From assembly GCA_016840065.1 (NCBI GenBank), contig JAEOTB010000070.1, forward strand, positions 1 to 20,343: a DNA stretch of 20,343 bases, read 5' to 3'. Positions 1 to 9,500 of the stretch are shown piece by piece. A model generated the notes under the pieces. It worked only from the letters and a program-made list of their open reading frames with translations, had not been told where the DNA came from and did no database searches. The translations under genes and the position numbers were made by a program. Position 1 is the first letter of the stretch; each line of letters opens with the position of its first letter. Origin of the DNA: Candidatus Hermodarchaeota archaeon. GTDB lineage: Archaea; Asgardarchaeota; Hermodarchaeia; Hermodarchaeales; Hermodarchaeaceae.

Positions 1-2
1 GA

Positions 3-455
3 GCTCATCTTGCCTCAATCGTCACCTTGGGCTACAAGAACCCCCTATTTGCGGGTAACTTCTCAGCAACGATGAACATTACCGCGGGAATCTGGTTTTA
101 TCCTCCCACAAACATTGGAGGGATCTTCTCGGGGTTCATGGACGCTCTGCTTGAGGGTTCTCTCCCTCTTGAGGACCAGTACGACAAGTTCTCTCCTAGG
201 TACTTAATCCAAAACAGCACCGTTGTACCACCGATAATGATTGTACACGGGGAAAAGGACAAGCTGGTAGATTATCAGACCCAGGGCTTAGACTTCGTTC
301 AGTACGCAAGGAGCTTGGGGCGTAGATGCCTACTAATCACCATTCCCTGGGCTGGGCACGGTTTCGATATCAACTTCCCTACCTATGGGGGTCAGATGTC
401 AACATATTATATTGAGCGGTTCATGGCACTTGAGCAGCTCAGCGGAGGTCCATGA
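3..455 (+). CDS. alpha/beta-hydrolase fold esterase/lipase (HSL/BD-FAE-like), 5' partial
   Basis: Frame is open from base 3 (AHLASIVTLGY, the tail of a GxSAGAHLA nucleophile elbow). It has IVHGEKDKLV (catalytic Asp motif) and AGHGFD (catalytic His). The true start lies upstream of the window. Confidence 0.85.
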   Translation, partial: AHLASIVTLGYKNPLFAGNFSATMNITAGIWFYPPTNIGGIFSGFMDALLEGSLPLEDQYDKFSPRYLIQNSTVVPPIMIVHGEKDKLVDYQTQGLDFVQYARSLGRRCLLITIPWAGHGFDINFPTYGGQMSTYYIERFMALEQLSGGP

Positions 456-456
456 A

Positions 457-912
457 ATGGCAGTCCTCGACTTCTTGAGAAAACAGGTCATCGTCAAAAA
501 CTACCTGCTCATTACAATCTTCATCCTATCCTTGACGATGGTTGTCAACTTCTTCGGGTTCGCTGGTAACCCATCCCTCCAGGCTCTAGCAGGGGCAATG
601 AGCATCGTAGGTGTTCTTTTAATGGTCGGAATGGTCCTCATGACCTTGAGCTTCGTAAACCGGAACACCGGTGTAGGTAGGATACTGATACGGTTCTCCT
701 ATGTCACTCTAGCAGTCGCAGGCCTATGTCTGTCGGTGATAGCCTTAACCACCATCATCTCATCCTTCTTGGCTGGTTTTGGAACAATGCTCGCTGTACA
801 GATGTCTTCTACTGCCTTCGCTACTCAAATGGCCCTCAGCGTAGTACTTGCAACGCTAGGTTATTACACGCTCTCACTTGAGGGAGTATGGGCCCTCAAT
901 CATCCCAGGTGA
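457..912 (+). CDS. hypothetical integral membrane protein (about 4 TM helices, 151 aa)
   Basis: ATG at 457, 1 nt after the esterase stop, with SD GGAGGT at 444-449. This is preferred over the track start at 385. Four long hydrophobic segments. Confidence 0.75.
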   Translation: MAVLDFLRKQVIVKNYLLITIFILSLTMVVNFFGFAGNPSLQALAGAMSIVGVLLMVGMVLMTLSFVNRNTGVGRILIRFSYVTLAVAGLCLSVIALTTIISSFLAGFGTMLAVQMSSTAFATQMALSVVLATLGYYTLSLEGVWALNHPR

Positions 913-1002
913 GCCATCTAGAATCTCTAAATCACTAACAACCCAAAACACACAACTTGTGTATGCCTGCCTTACTGCCTCTCAATGCTTTGCCTTTTTG
1001 GT

Positions 1003-1016
1003 AAAGGCTTTATTTG
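1003..1016 (+). promoter_or_regulatory. putative archaeal BRE/TATA promoter
   Basis: AAAGG followed by CTTTATTTG, about 30 nt upstream of the TTG start at 1046. Confidence 0.45.
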
Positions 1017-1045
1017 CCCATATCGGGGTCTGTTTGGTGTGAACA

Positions 1046-2734
1046 TTGCGGCCCTTTTCATCGTATGCTTTGTTGTTTGTATTGCTCCTCGGAGTTCAGC
1101 CCTTCATCCTTCCTCTCGCTAGTGCTACGCCAGTAGGTTTACTCTCTTCTTCCCCACTCGTGGTTGTGGGGCAGAGTAGAGTGGATACAAGCGATATTCG
1201 CTTTGGCTATAATGCTCGTGTGAACGACCTCACTTCGCCTTATCTCTACCAAGTTGATCCTACGATGAGTATTCTTAGTGATGGCCGTGTGCTGGTGGGT
1301 TGGAAGGAAACTAACGAGCACAATGGTACGGGGCAGCGGGTGAGCTTCGCATACTCCGACGACGGCGGTGGGAGCTGGAGCCCCAGCGTCTTCATGGATA
1401 GGATGGATGAATCCATGGACGCCGATGACTACCAGAGCGACCCCTGGCTTATCACGGACCAAGACGACAACGCTTACTTCATCTTCACCGAATACAACAA
1501 CATCTACTTCAACTACATCCCAGAAGGGGTTGGAGTCGCCAAGAGCACCGACGGCGGAGTAACCTGGTCAGACCCCGTACAAGCTAGTGACACATGGGGT
1601 CATGATAACCAAATAACAGCTTGTGTCGATCCCAGCGGCGACCTCTGTCTGGTCTGGGAGCATTGGAGTGACAGGGAACTCGTATTCACGAAATCCACCG
1701 ACTCTGGTGGCTCTTTCCAAAGCACTCAGAACATCTCTGACTCCTGGGTTCCCTACATCAGCTCCTCAGACAACGGCACTCTCCTCATTTCTACTTGGGT
1801 TGAGGGTGACTCTATTCTCCTATTACGCTCTGGGGATGGTGGTGCTACATGGCCTCTGGCATTTCTTGTCAACTCAACAGGCCCAGATGGTTTGGACTAT
1901 GTGACTGCGGTGGATACAACAAGCAACGGCGACATCTATGTAGCCTACTCTGCTGGCACAACCACCGATAGGGATGTCTATGTCGTCAAGTCCTTGAATG
2001 GTGGACGGAACTGGACTGACCCCATACAAGTTAACGATAATCCTTCAGGAATGCAACGCCAGGTCACCATGCTCATAGACGACGATGACAACATACATCT
2101 TGCTTGGCTTGACTCAAGGCACGGCGAATGGCACAGGTACTACAGCTACTCCAGTGATGCAGGCACAACCTTCTCTCCTGGCCTGCAGATTACCAGTGAT
2201 GGGACACTCCTGAGCCTCAATCAACCTGGCTACTACTTCAGCCTCAAGGAAGGACCTGATGGTCTCTGTGCCGCCTGGACGGGTGGGCAAGGATACGACC
2301 TTGACATCTTCTTCGCGAAGCAAGATCACACTGCCCCTGTTATCACCCACACACCTGCTACATTGGGTTTTGCCGCGACACCATTTACCCTGACAGCTAC
2401 AGTCTCCGACGATGATCATGTGGACACAGTGATGCTCTACTGCGGAGTCAGCGCTACAGACCAAGCGCGAGGCATTCATTTCTCCGAAATCAGCAATAAC
2501 CTCTATCAAGCAGTAATCCCAGCAGAAGAGATGATGGGAGGATATCTCGAGTACTATATCCTCGCTAATGATTCAGCGGGACGAATAACCCGCCTCCCAG
2601 CAGTTGAGGCTGAATACTACCCGCTCTCCATCTCTCCAATTACACCTTCCCTTGTCTTAACCATCGCCATCACTGGTGCTATAGTAGCGGCTCTTGTTTA
2701 CATTGTCGTTAGAAAAAGGCGACAAACACGCTAG
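1046..2734 (+). CDS. secreted Asp-box/BNR beta-propeller (sialidase-like family) with Ig-like domain and C-terminal TM anchor, paralog 1
   Basis: N-terminal signal peptide and six Asp-boxes (SDDGGGSW, STDGGVTW, STDSGGSF, SGDGGATW, SLNGGRNW, SSDAGTTF). Then a DHTAPVITHTP...YYILANDSAGR Ig-like domain, a hydrophobic helix and an RKRR tail. Confidence 0.85.
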   Translation: MRPFSSYALLFVLLLGVQPFILPLASATPVGLLSSSPLVVVGQSRVDTSDIRFGYNARVNDLTSPYLYQVDPTMSILSDGRVLVGWKETNEHNGTGQRVSFAYSDDGGGSWSPSVFMDRMDESMDADDYQSDPWLITDQDDNAYFIFTEYNNIYFNYIPEGVGVAKSTDGGVTWSDPVQASDTWGHDNQITACVDPSGDLCLVWEHWSDRELVFTKSTDSGGSFQSTQNISDSWVPYISSSDNGTLLISTWVEGDSILLLRSGDGGATWPLAFLVNSTGPDGLDYVTAVDTTSNGDIYVAYSAGTTTDRDVYVVKSLNGGRNWTDPIQVNDNPSGMQRQVTMLIDDDDNIHLAWLDSRHGEWHRYYSYSSDAGTTFSPGLQITSDGTLLSLNQPGYYFSLKEGPDGLCAAWTGGQGYDLDIFFAKQDHTAPVITHTPATLGFAATPFTLTATVSDDDHVDTVMLYCGVSATDQARGIHFSEISNNLYQAVIPAEEMMGGYLEYYILANDSAGRITRLPAVEAEYYPLSISPITPSLVLTIAITGAIVAALVYIVVRKRRQTR

Positions 2735-2782
2735 CTATCTATTACATACTCTACTAGAACTGGCTTCTCTTGCCCGTATCAT

Positions 2783-2796
2783 AAGAGCTTTTAACC
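2783..2796 (+). promoter_or_regulatory. putative BRE/TATA promoter of paralogs 2-3
   Basis: AAGAGC followed by TTTTAA, about 36 nt upstream of ATG 2831. Confidence 0.4.
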
Positions 2797-2830
2797 ACAT
2801 CAAGGTGGAAACAATATTTTAGTGGTAGTT

Positions 2831-4549
2831 ATGCGTAGAGCAACTTCTACACTAATTTTATTTTTCATTTTTCTGATCGCAGCCCAGCCCCTGATGGCGC
2901 CTCTCCTAGTTCCTCCACTCCCATCTACAAGTATCGGCGCTTCAGTGACTAGGCAAAGCCGAACAAACGTCGATGATATCCGTTTCGGCGTAAACACCCT
3001 CATCACTGACGGTTCATCACCCTACGCCTGGCAGGTTGAACCAACCCTCGAAATCCTTAGCGATGGCCGAATACTCTGCGGCTGGAAAGAAGCCAGCTCC
3101 CACAACGGTCCTGGGCTCAGGGTAGGCTTCTCCTACTCTGCAGATGAAGGCTATACTTGGAGTTCCAATATCCTAATGGCGACGCTTGGTGGTGGTTCAC
3201 AATCGGACCCATGGATCGCCAAAGACCAAAATGACAATGCGTACTTTAACTTCCTTGAATACGGTGGAACCGACGAGGGCATGGGATGTGCAAAGACCAC
3301 CAATGGTGGTGCCACCTGGCAAGTCCCCGTACAAGCCAGCGATACCTTAGGTTACCTTGACGACAAGGAGACAATGTGTGTCGACGAGAACGGGAACCTG
3401 TACATGATATGGGATCACATCGTCGACTCCGGAGCCACTCAAGCCGATCTGGTCTTCACGAAATCAACAGACGGTGGAGCCTCCTTCACGCCAACAACAA
3501 TCCTAGGCTCATGGGAGGAACGAGGAGGAATACCATACATCGCCTGCACTCCCAACGGCACCCTCTACGTCTCAACGATATTGGACAGCACAGGTGGGGC
3601 AATTGACACAATCTATATGACGAAATCCGTTAACTTCGGGGCTACATGGACCACCCCTATCCGAGTTAACCCCGTGGACACCGATATCATCAACATAATC
3701 ACCGTGACCGCCCTTGATAGTGAAGGAAACGTATATGTCGCTTTCGCAGAGGGCAGCCAAGAAGACGATATAGTGAACTACGATATCTTCGTCACACGCT
3801 CCGAGGACGGGGGCACCACTTGGTCAACTCCAGTTCAGGTCAATGACGGCTCGGAGAACATCCAGAGAATGGTCGAACTCTACATCGACGACGAGGACAA
3901 CCTCCACCTAGCTTGGCTGGATGCAAGGCATGACGAATGGAACTATTACTACAGCTGCTCAAACGATAGTGGAACAACCTTTTCTCCGAATGTACGGATC
4001 AGCACTGAGGGCTTCCCCCTTATGTACACAAGACCAGGTGACTACATCACTATGCGGTCTGGACCTAATGGTCTAGGAATTGTGTGGACAGATGGTCGAG
4101 GAACTGACCATGATATCTACTTCGCAAAGCAGGACCACTCTGCCCCAGTGATAACTCATGTCCCCATCAACTCGTGGTATATTTCGACTCCCCTAACGCT
4201 TCAAGCTACCGTGACAGATGACGATAATGTAGAAACAGTTAACCTAATCCTTCAAAGTGGCAGCACCAAAGGGTGGCACGTTCTCTCTATGGAGCCGACA
4301 GTTGGAGATATCTATGAAGCCACCGTACCTGCTCACCTCATCACTGGAGCCCAGATTGAATACTACATCATGGCACTAGACACTGCAGGTCGAGAAACGA
4401 GGCTCTACAACACTGGTGAGGAAGGATACACACTCCCCCTCTCTCCCTTCTCTCCATCTCTGATATTAACCATCGTTGTTGCCGTTGTAGTAATTGTTTG
4501 TGTCGTCATATTCGCAATCTGGTATCTCAGGCGTAGACCTTCAAAATAA
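2831..4549 (+). CDS. secreted Asp-box/BNR beta-propeller with Ig-like domain and TM anchor, paralog 2
   Basis: MRRATSTLILFFIFLI signal peptide (ATG 2831 preferred, GTG 2822 possible). Six Asp-boxes, motifs QVEPT, QSDPW, DDK, RPGDY and WTDGR, then a C-terminal TM and an RRRPSK tail. Confidence 0.88.
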   Translation: MRRATSTLILFFIFLIAAQPLMAPLLVPPLPSTSIGASVTRQSRTNVDDIRFGVNTLITDGSSPYAWQVEPTLEILSDGRILCGWKEASSHNGPGLRVGFSYSADEGYTWSSNILMATLGGGSQSDPWIAKDQNDNAYFNFLEYGGTDEGMGCAKTTNGGATWQVPVQASDTLGYLDDKETMCVDENGNLYMIWDHIVDSGATQADLVFTKSTDGGASFTPTTILGSWEERGGIPYIACTPNGTLYVSTILDSTGGAIDTIYMTKSVNFGATWTTPIRVNPVDTDIINIITVTALDSEGNVYVAFAEGSQEDDIVNYDIFVTRSEDGGTTWSTPVQVNDGSENIQRMVELYIDDEDNLHLAWLDARHDEWNYYYSCSNDSGTTFSPNVRISTEGFPLMYTRPGDYITMRSGPNGLGIVWTDGRGTDHDIYFAKQDHSAPVITHVPINSWYISTPLTLQATVTDDDNVETVNLILQSGSTKGWHVLSMEPTVGDIYEATVPAHLITGAQIEYYIMALDTAGRETRLYNTGEEGYTLPLSPFSPSLILTIVVAVVVIVCVVIFAIWYLRRRPSK

Positions 4550-4578
4550 AAGAAATCAAATAATTTGGTGAAAATAAG

Positions 4579-6318
4579 ATGCCTAAAAGAACCCTCTTAA
4601 TCACAATCGTGGCATTACTCCTCTCAACACAGCTCCTACTAATCTTCCCTCAAGGAGCAATATCGGGAATCCCAGTTCAATCCTCTGTTCGTGTGACTGG
4701 GCAAGGTCGCACAAATGGTGATGTCCTCTTCGGTAGCAATGTCCGAATCACCGACCACGACACACCTTACGCTACACAAGTCGAACCCACACTTGCAGTC
4801 CTAAGCAATGGAACTATCTGCGCAGGTTGGAAGGAAGCTCAAACTCACTCAGGTCCCGGATACAGGGTTGGATTCTCTTACTCAAACGACAATGGAAAGA
4901 CTTGGAGTTCGAATATTCTGATGCAGACCTTAAATCCAGGAGACCGCCAGAGCGATCCTTGGCTTGTAGCTGACCACCAAGACAATGTTTACTTCAATCA
5001 CATGGACTGGAACGATGGTTCAGGTGCGAGTACGATTGGTGTGTCGAAGACAGTTGACGGGGGCGCATCTTGGCTGCCAATAGTGGATGCCAGCGACACT
5101 GGACCTGGTATGGACGACAAGCTCACTGCTTGCGTAGACCCCAGCGGAAACCTCTACGTGGTCTGGGACTGGTATGCCGATGCAGGTCCAAGGGAGCTGA
5201 CGTTCACGAAATCGACTGATGGTGGGGCAACCTTCCAACCAACAACCTCCATAGTTAATCCCTACATCCCCTACATCACTAGCGCTCACAATGGCACTCT
5301 ATTCATCACCACAACTGAATGGCCTGGGCTCTCGGGTCCAGAAGGACAAGATGTCTGGATTACAAGAAGCGATGATGGAGGTGACACCTGGTCGCCTCAG
5401 GTCAGAGTGACTCCCCTGAACGCGAATGCTACAGGAATCATATCTGTTGTAGACACCGATAGCTTTGGGAATGTCTTCGTCGCTTACACAGAAGGACCAG
5501 ACTGGGATTTCTCAGGAAATACAGCCCCCACGCTAAATTACACTGAGGTCTATGTGACCAAATCAACCGACTGGGGTGCCACCTGGAGTTACCCCATTCG
5601 AATCAATGACGTGATCACTGGTGTCCAACGGATGGTAGAACTACACGTTGACGAAAACGATAGGGTCCACGTGGCATGGCTCGACGCACGGCAGGGTGTC
5701 TTTGACATCTACTATACCTACAGCGACAACCATGGAGCAACCTTCCACCCCAACATCAAAGTTACAACCCAGGGAACCCCGCTGGATTACTGGAGACCTG
5801 GGGACTACTTCACATTACGCTCTGGACCCAATGGTGTCTGCCTTGTCTGGTGCGATGGTCGAGGAGAAGATCTTGACATATACTTTGCAGCACAGGACCT
5901 AACCTCTCCCGAACTCGAACATACTACACTAGCTCAGTGGTGGGTGAACACACCACTCACCATTCAAGTATCTGCAACCGATGATACATCATTAGAAAGC
6001 GCAGAACTATGGTTCGGGGCTGGTCCCAATGGTCCATTTTACAGGAGAGAATTATCCTTTATTGGTGACGACCTATATGAGGCAACCCTACGTGCGGTAG
6101 ATATACCGGGGCCTGCTTTGTACTACCATTTCATCGCATATGATGGTGCTGGACGCACAACACGCCTTCCTATCGGTGTGGGCGAGTTGTTCCTCGTTTC
6201 CCTCTTTCCCCTTTCACCAACGTTGGTTGTTACCATTATCTGCTCTGTTGCAGTTATCGCCCTGGTAATTGTGCTAGCCGTGTGGTACCTTCGTCGCACA
6301 CCAAGTAAGTCCTCGTAA
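4579..6318 (+). CDS. secreted Asp-box/BNR beta-propeller with Ig-like domain and TM anchor, paralog 3
   Basis: SD GGTGA at 4567-4571 and a signal peptide. Six Asp-boxes, motifs QVEPT, QSDPW, DDK, RPGDY and WCDGR, then a TM and basic tail. Starts 29 nt after paralog 2. Confidence 0.88.
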   Translation: MPKRTLLITIVALLLSTQLLLIFPQGAISGIPVQSSVRVTGQGRTNGDVLFGSNVRITDHDTPYATQVEPTLAVLSNGTICAGWKEAQTHSGPGYRVGFSYSNDNGKTWSSNILMQTLNPGDRQSDPWLVADHQDNVYFNHMDWNDGSGASTIGVSKTVDGGASWLPIVDASDTGPGMDDKLTACVDPSGNLYVVWDWYADAGPRELTFTKSTDGGATFQPTTSIVNPYIPYITSAHNGTLFITTTEWPGLSGPEGQDVWITRSDDGGDTWSPQVRVTPLNANATGIISVVDTDSFGNVFVAYTEGPDWDFSGNTAPTLNYTEVYVTKSTDWGATWSYPIRINDVITGVQRMVELHVDENDRVHVAWLDARQGVFDIYYTYSDNHGATFHPNIKVTTQGTPLDYWRPGDYFTLRSGPNGVCLVWCDGRGEDLDIYFAAQDLTSPELEHTTLAQWWVNTPLTIQVSATDDTSLESAELWFGAGPNGPFYRRELSFIGDDLYEATLRAVDIPGPALYYHFIAYDGAGRTTRLPIGVGELFLVSLFPLSPTLVVTIICSVAVIALVIVLAVWYLRRTPSKSS

Positions 6319-6342
6319 GGTCTGCCCTTCTTTCTTGTTGAT

Positions 6343-6382
6343 GGAGGCTCGAGTGTTAAGGGCCTCCTTCGCCCCCTTTTTT
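6343..6382 (+). terminator. hairpin plus T-tract after the BNR array
   Basis: GGAGGCTC (6343-6350) pairs with GGGCCTCC (6360-6367) with one G-U pair. T6 at 6377-6382. Confidence 0.5.
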
Positions 6383-6534
6383 CGTCTCGCTGTTCATGTA
6401 TTGACCTCCTCTAATATTCCTACTTGGGGGGGGGTATCAGCTACATGTTGCTCATAAAAAATTCTAGGAAGGTTGAAAAGAGATGAGCAGATTAGGTCAA
6501 TCCTGTGTCCTAGTAAGTATCTCTGGGTGGTTGC

Positions 6535-9500
6535 TTGAAACGGGCGATCTGGTATACCATCTGTTTTCTTCTGCTAGTAAATCTCATGTGTGGAGATCCA
6601 ACCCATCAAAGATTATTCCCGCATCATGAAGAACCAGTGTATCCTGACAACTCGAAGCCAATCGATGTCGAGGCAGACCAACCGTTTCCCTTCTCAAAGG
6701 TTGATCCGTTCAATGACTTTGACGACTACGATGACATACATCGCGATGAGCCACCCAGTGAATATGCCTATACACCATTAGGTTCACTCGGCGCAAAAAC
6801 AGACATAACGAAGGGTGACGGTGCCTTTGAAGGGTACAACCTGTTTACTGTTCAGACGAGAGATTTCTCCTCCGGACTAATAGGGTATAGTGTGATAATC
6901 GCTGACATGGAGGGGACAATCATCAAAGAGAGATTTTCCTCTTGGCCAGTGAAGCTGATTAACTCCACCTTTGCGCTTGGTATACAAAGCCAATCCCAGA
7001 TAATGCTATGGAATATGGTTGATGATGTAGTTACAACTATAGACATACAAGAGTCGCACCACGAGATGGAATACAACGCTCTAAACAACACCTTCATGAC
7101 ATTTTCAGAGTACACTACAGAAATCGATGGTCAGTACTACATGTTTGATATCATTAATGAATACAATTCAACAGGACACCTAATCTGGTCCTTGGATACC
7201 CAGTCATTCATCCCTCATACATATTGGTGTCCATTCCAAGACATTCGTGGTTCGAATACTGCCGATGTGACACATTCGAATTCGATTTTCTTCGATTCCG
7301 ATGAGGATATTTTCTACTTCAATGCTCGAAACTTGAACACATTCTATAAGATTGATCACAAAACCGGACAAGTACTATGGGGACTGGGTGAGTACGGTGA
7401 TTTCACTTTGTACGACAGTAAAGGAAACCAAAAGAGTAGCCTTTTCTATCACGCTCACGCAGCTGAACAAATAGACGACAATACGTTCATAATATTTGAT
7501 AACGACCTCCACAATCAGACAGATCCCAACAATCTTCGTTCACGTATCCTCGAGATAACCATCAACGAAACCACCATGACAGCAAACGAATCTTGGTCAT
7601 GGATAGGCCCCACCGATTATTACTGTGTGTGTTGGGGCGATGGGGACCGTTTACCAAATGGAAACCGTCTAGGCGTTTTTGGAGTTCCAGATACAGATCA
7701 CGGTGGACGGCTAGTTGAAGTGAATGAGGCTGGTGAAATAGTATGGGCTATGAATTTCCATAACGTAGGAGACATGAGATATGGCGTTTACCGGATGGAA
7801 CGCTTCCACTATAGTCCGATATTAAGTTCTCCACCAGATATTCTCTCTCCATTGGGGGAGGATGTTGTGGTTGAATGGGAGGCATGTTATAATTACCGTC
7901 CGAGACGCACCATGTACGGATCCTACAGCCTCTTATTGGACGATGTCGAAATCGACAACGGCGGTGTGACTTATGATAAGTTCTGGCGTCCCACCAATCT
8001 CACCTTCAACTTGGGAACATTGGATGAAGGAAATTACAACATAACACTAGAGGTTACAGATGGTGAAGGGCATGTTACAATTGACAGTATCAATGTAACA
8101 GTAGGTGCTTTTTTCATTTTTCGTGCAGGACCAGTAACCTTCGAAATGGGTCAACCAGAAAATGAAATCCGCTGGTGGGGCGTAACTTGCAGCCCTCTAT
8201 TATGCAACATCACAGTGAATAGCACACTCTATAATGAAACCACGTGGAATGGAGAGCTTGTCACTCTCAACCTTTCTTCATTAGAGGAAGGCGCTAATCA
8301 CATTGTGCTTAAGCTTTACAATGGTACAGAGCTAGAGTATATTGATAGTTTCTGGGTAGCTGTCTACCCTCCAGCCGCTCCAATCATCACACCCTCTCAG
8401 TCAAATCAGGTAGAAATGATTTGGAACACCTCACTCACCCTTTCATGGGCGCTGTATGATGATACTCCCTCCTCATGGAGTATTTTCCTAGAAGGTACAT
8501 CAGTTGCATCAGATGTTTGGGTATCTCCAGAATATCTTCTAAATTGGACGTTACCTGTCTTGGAGGAAGCAACCTACAACATCACTGTTGAGGTCTTCGA
8601 TGAGGCAGGATATAGGACCACGAACACTACCTGGCTCACAGTCATATCACCAAGCCCCCCCGCCCTTTGCTTGATTTCGGGGGAAACGGAGTTATTATGG
8701 GGGCAGGAGAACGCCCTGTTTGTCTGGGAGGTTCATGGAGGCTATCGGCGGGTATTATGGAAAAACGGTGTAGTTCTCTCAGATTCAATCTTCTCTGGTA
8801 ATCAGATCGAGTTCCTCATTGAGCACTGGCAAGCCGAGGAATGGAGCTTGGGTACCCACAATCTCACCTTGGAGGTCGTCGATGCCCTCGGCGCTAACAC
8901 AACATCTACGGTTTGGGTGCAGTTAAGCCTATTATTAGGGGATGCTTACGCGAACACCTTTTTGGCTTCGAACTCGCAGTATTTTCTATTCGGGGATAAT
9001 GCTCTAGGTCCACCAGATAGTGCCTTTACACACATCTTCCTAGATTATGAAGAAGGTTACATCACACTGGATATGGGTTCTGGTGAGGAGATATATGATG
9101 GGCCTGGAGATGACATTCAAATTCTAGCTCAAGGCGGAAGCTACAATGTTAAGGTTACTAACAGCCTTTCAACAATGTTTACTACAATCGCTTATGGTCA
9201 AGGGAGTTTATTGTGTGATCTTGCGGGTTCTGGGGTTAATCAGGCTCGATACGTGCGTATTGAATATCTTGAAGGCGGCACCGTTGAGTTAGACGCTGTT
9301 GAGGCTATTAACTACATCCAGGGGGATGATGACCTCGAAAACCCTCAGATTATTGGCCCACAGGATTTCTGGGTTCTAGAGACACAGTCCGAAATCGAGT
9401 TCATTTGGGAGACTACCGATGCAACGCCATGGACCTTTTGTATTACACTTGATGGTATCCTCTATGATTACGGTCCATGGACAGGGTCAGATATTGGTTT

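Noticed and set aside
950-996. ACACAA-C-TTGTGT palindrome and several TGCCT pentamers upstream of BNR paralog 1
   Set aside because: Short, irregularly spaced and low in complexity, so not distinguishable from chance without comparative data.
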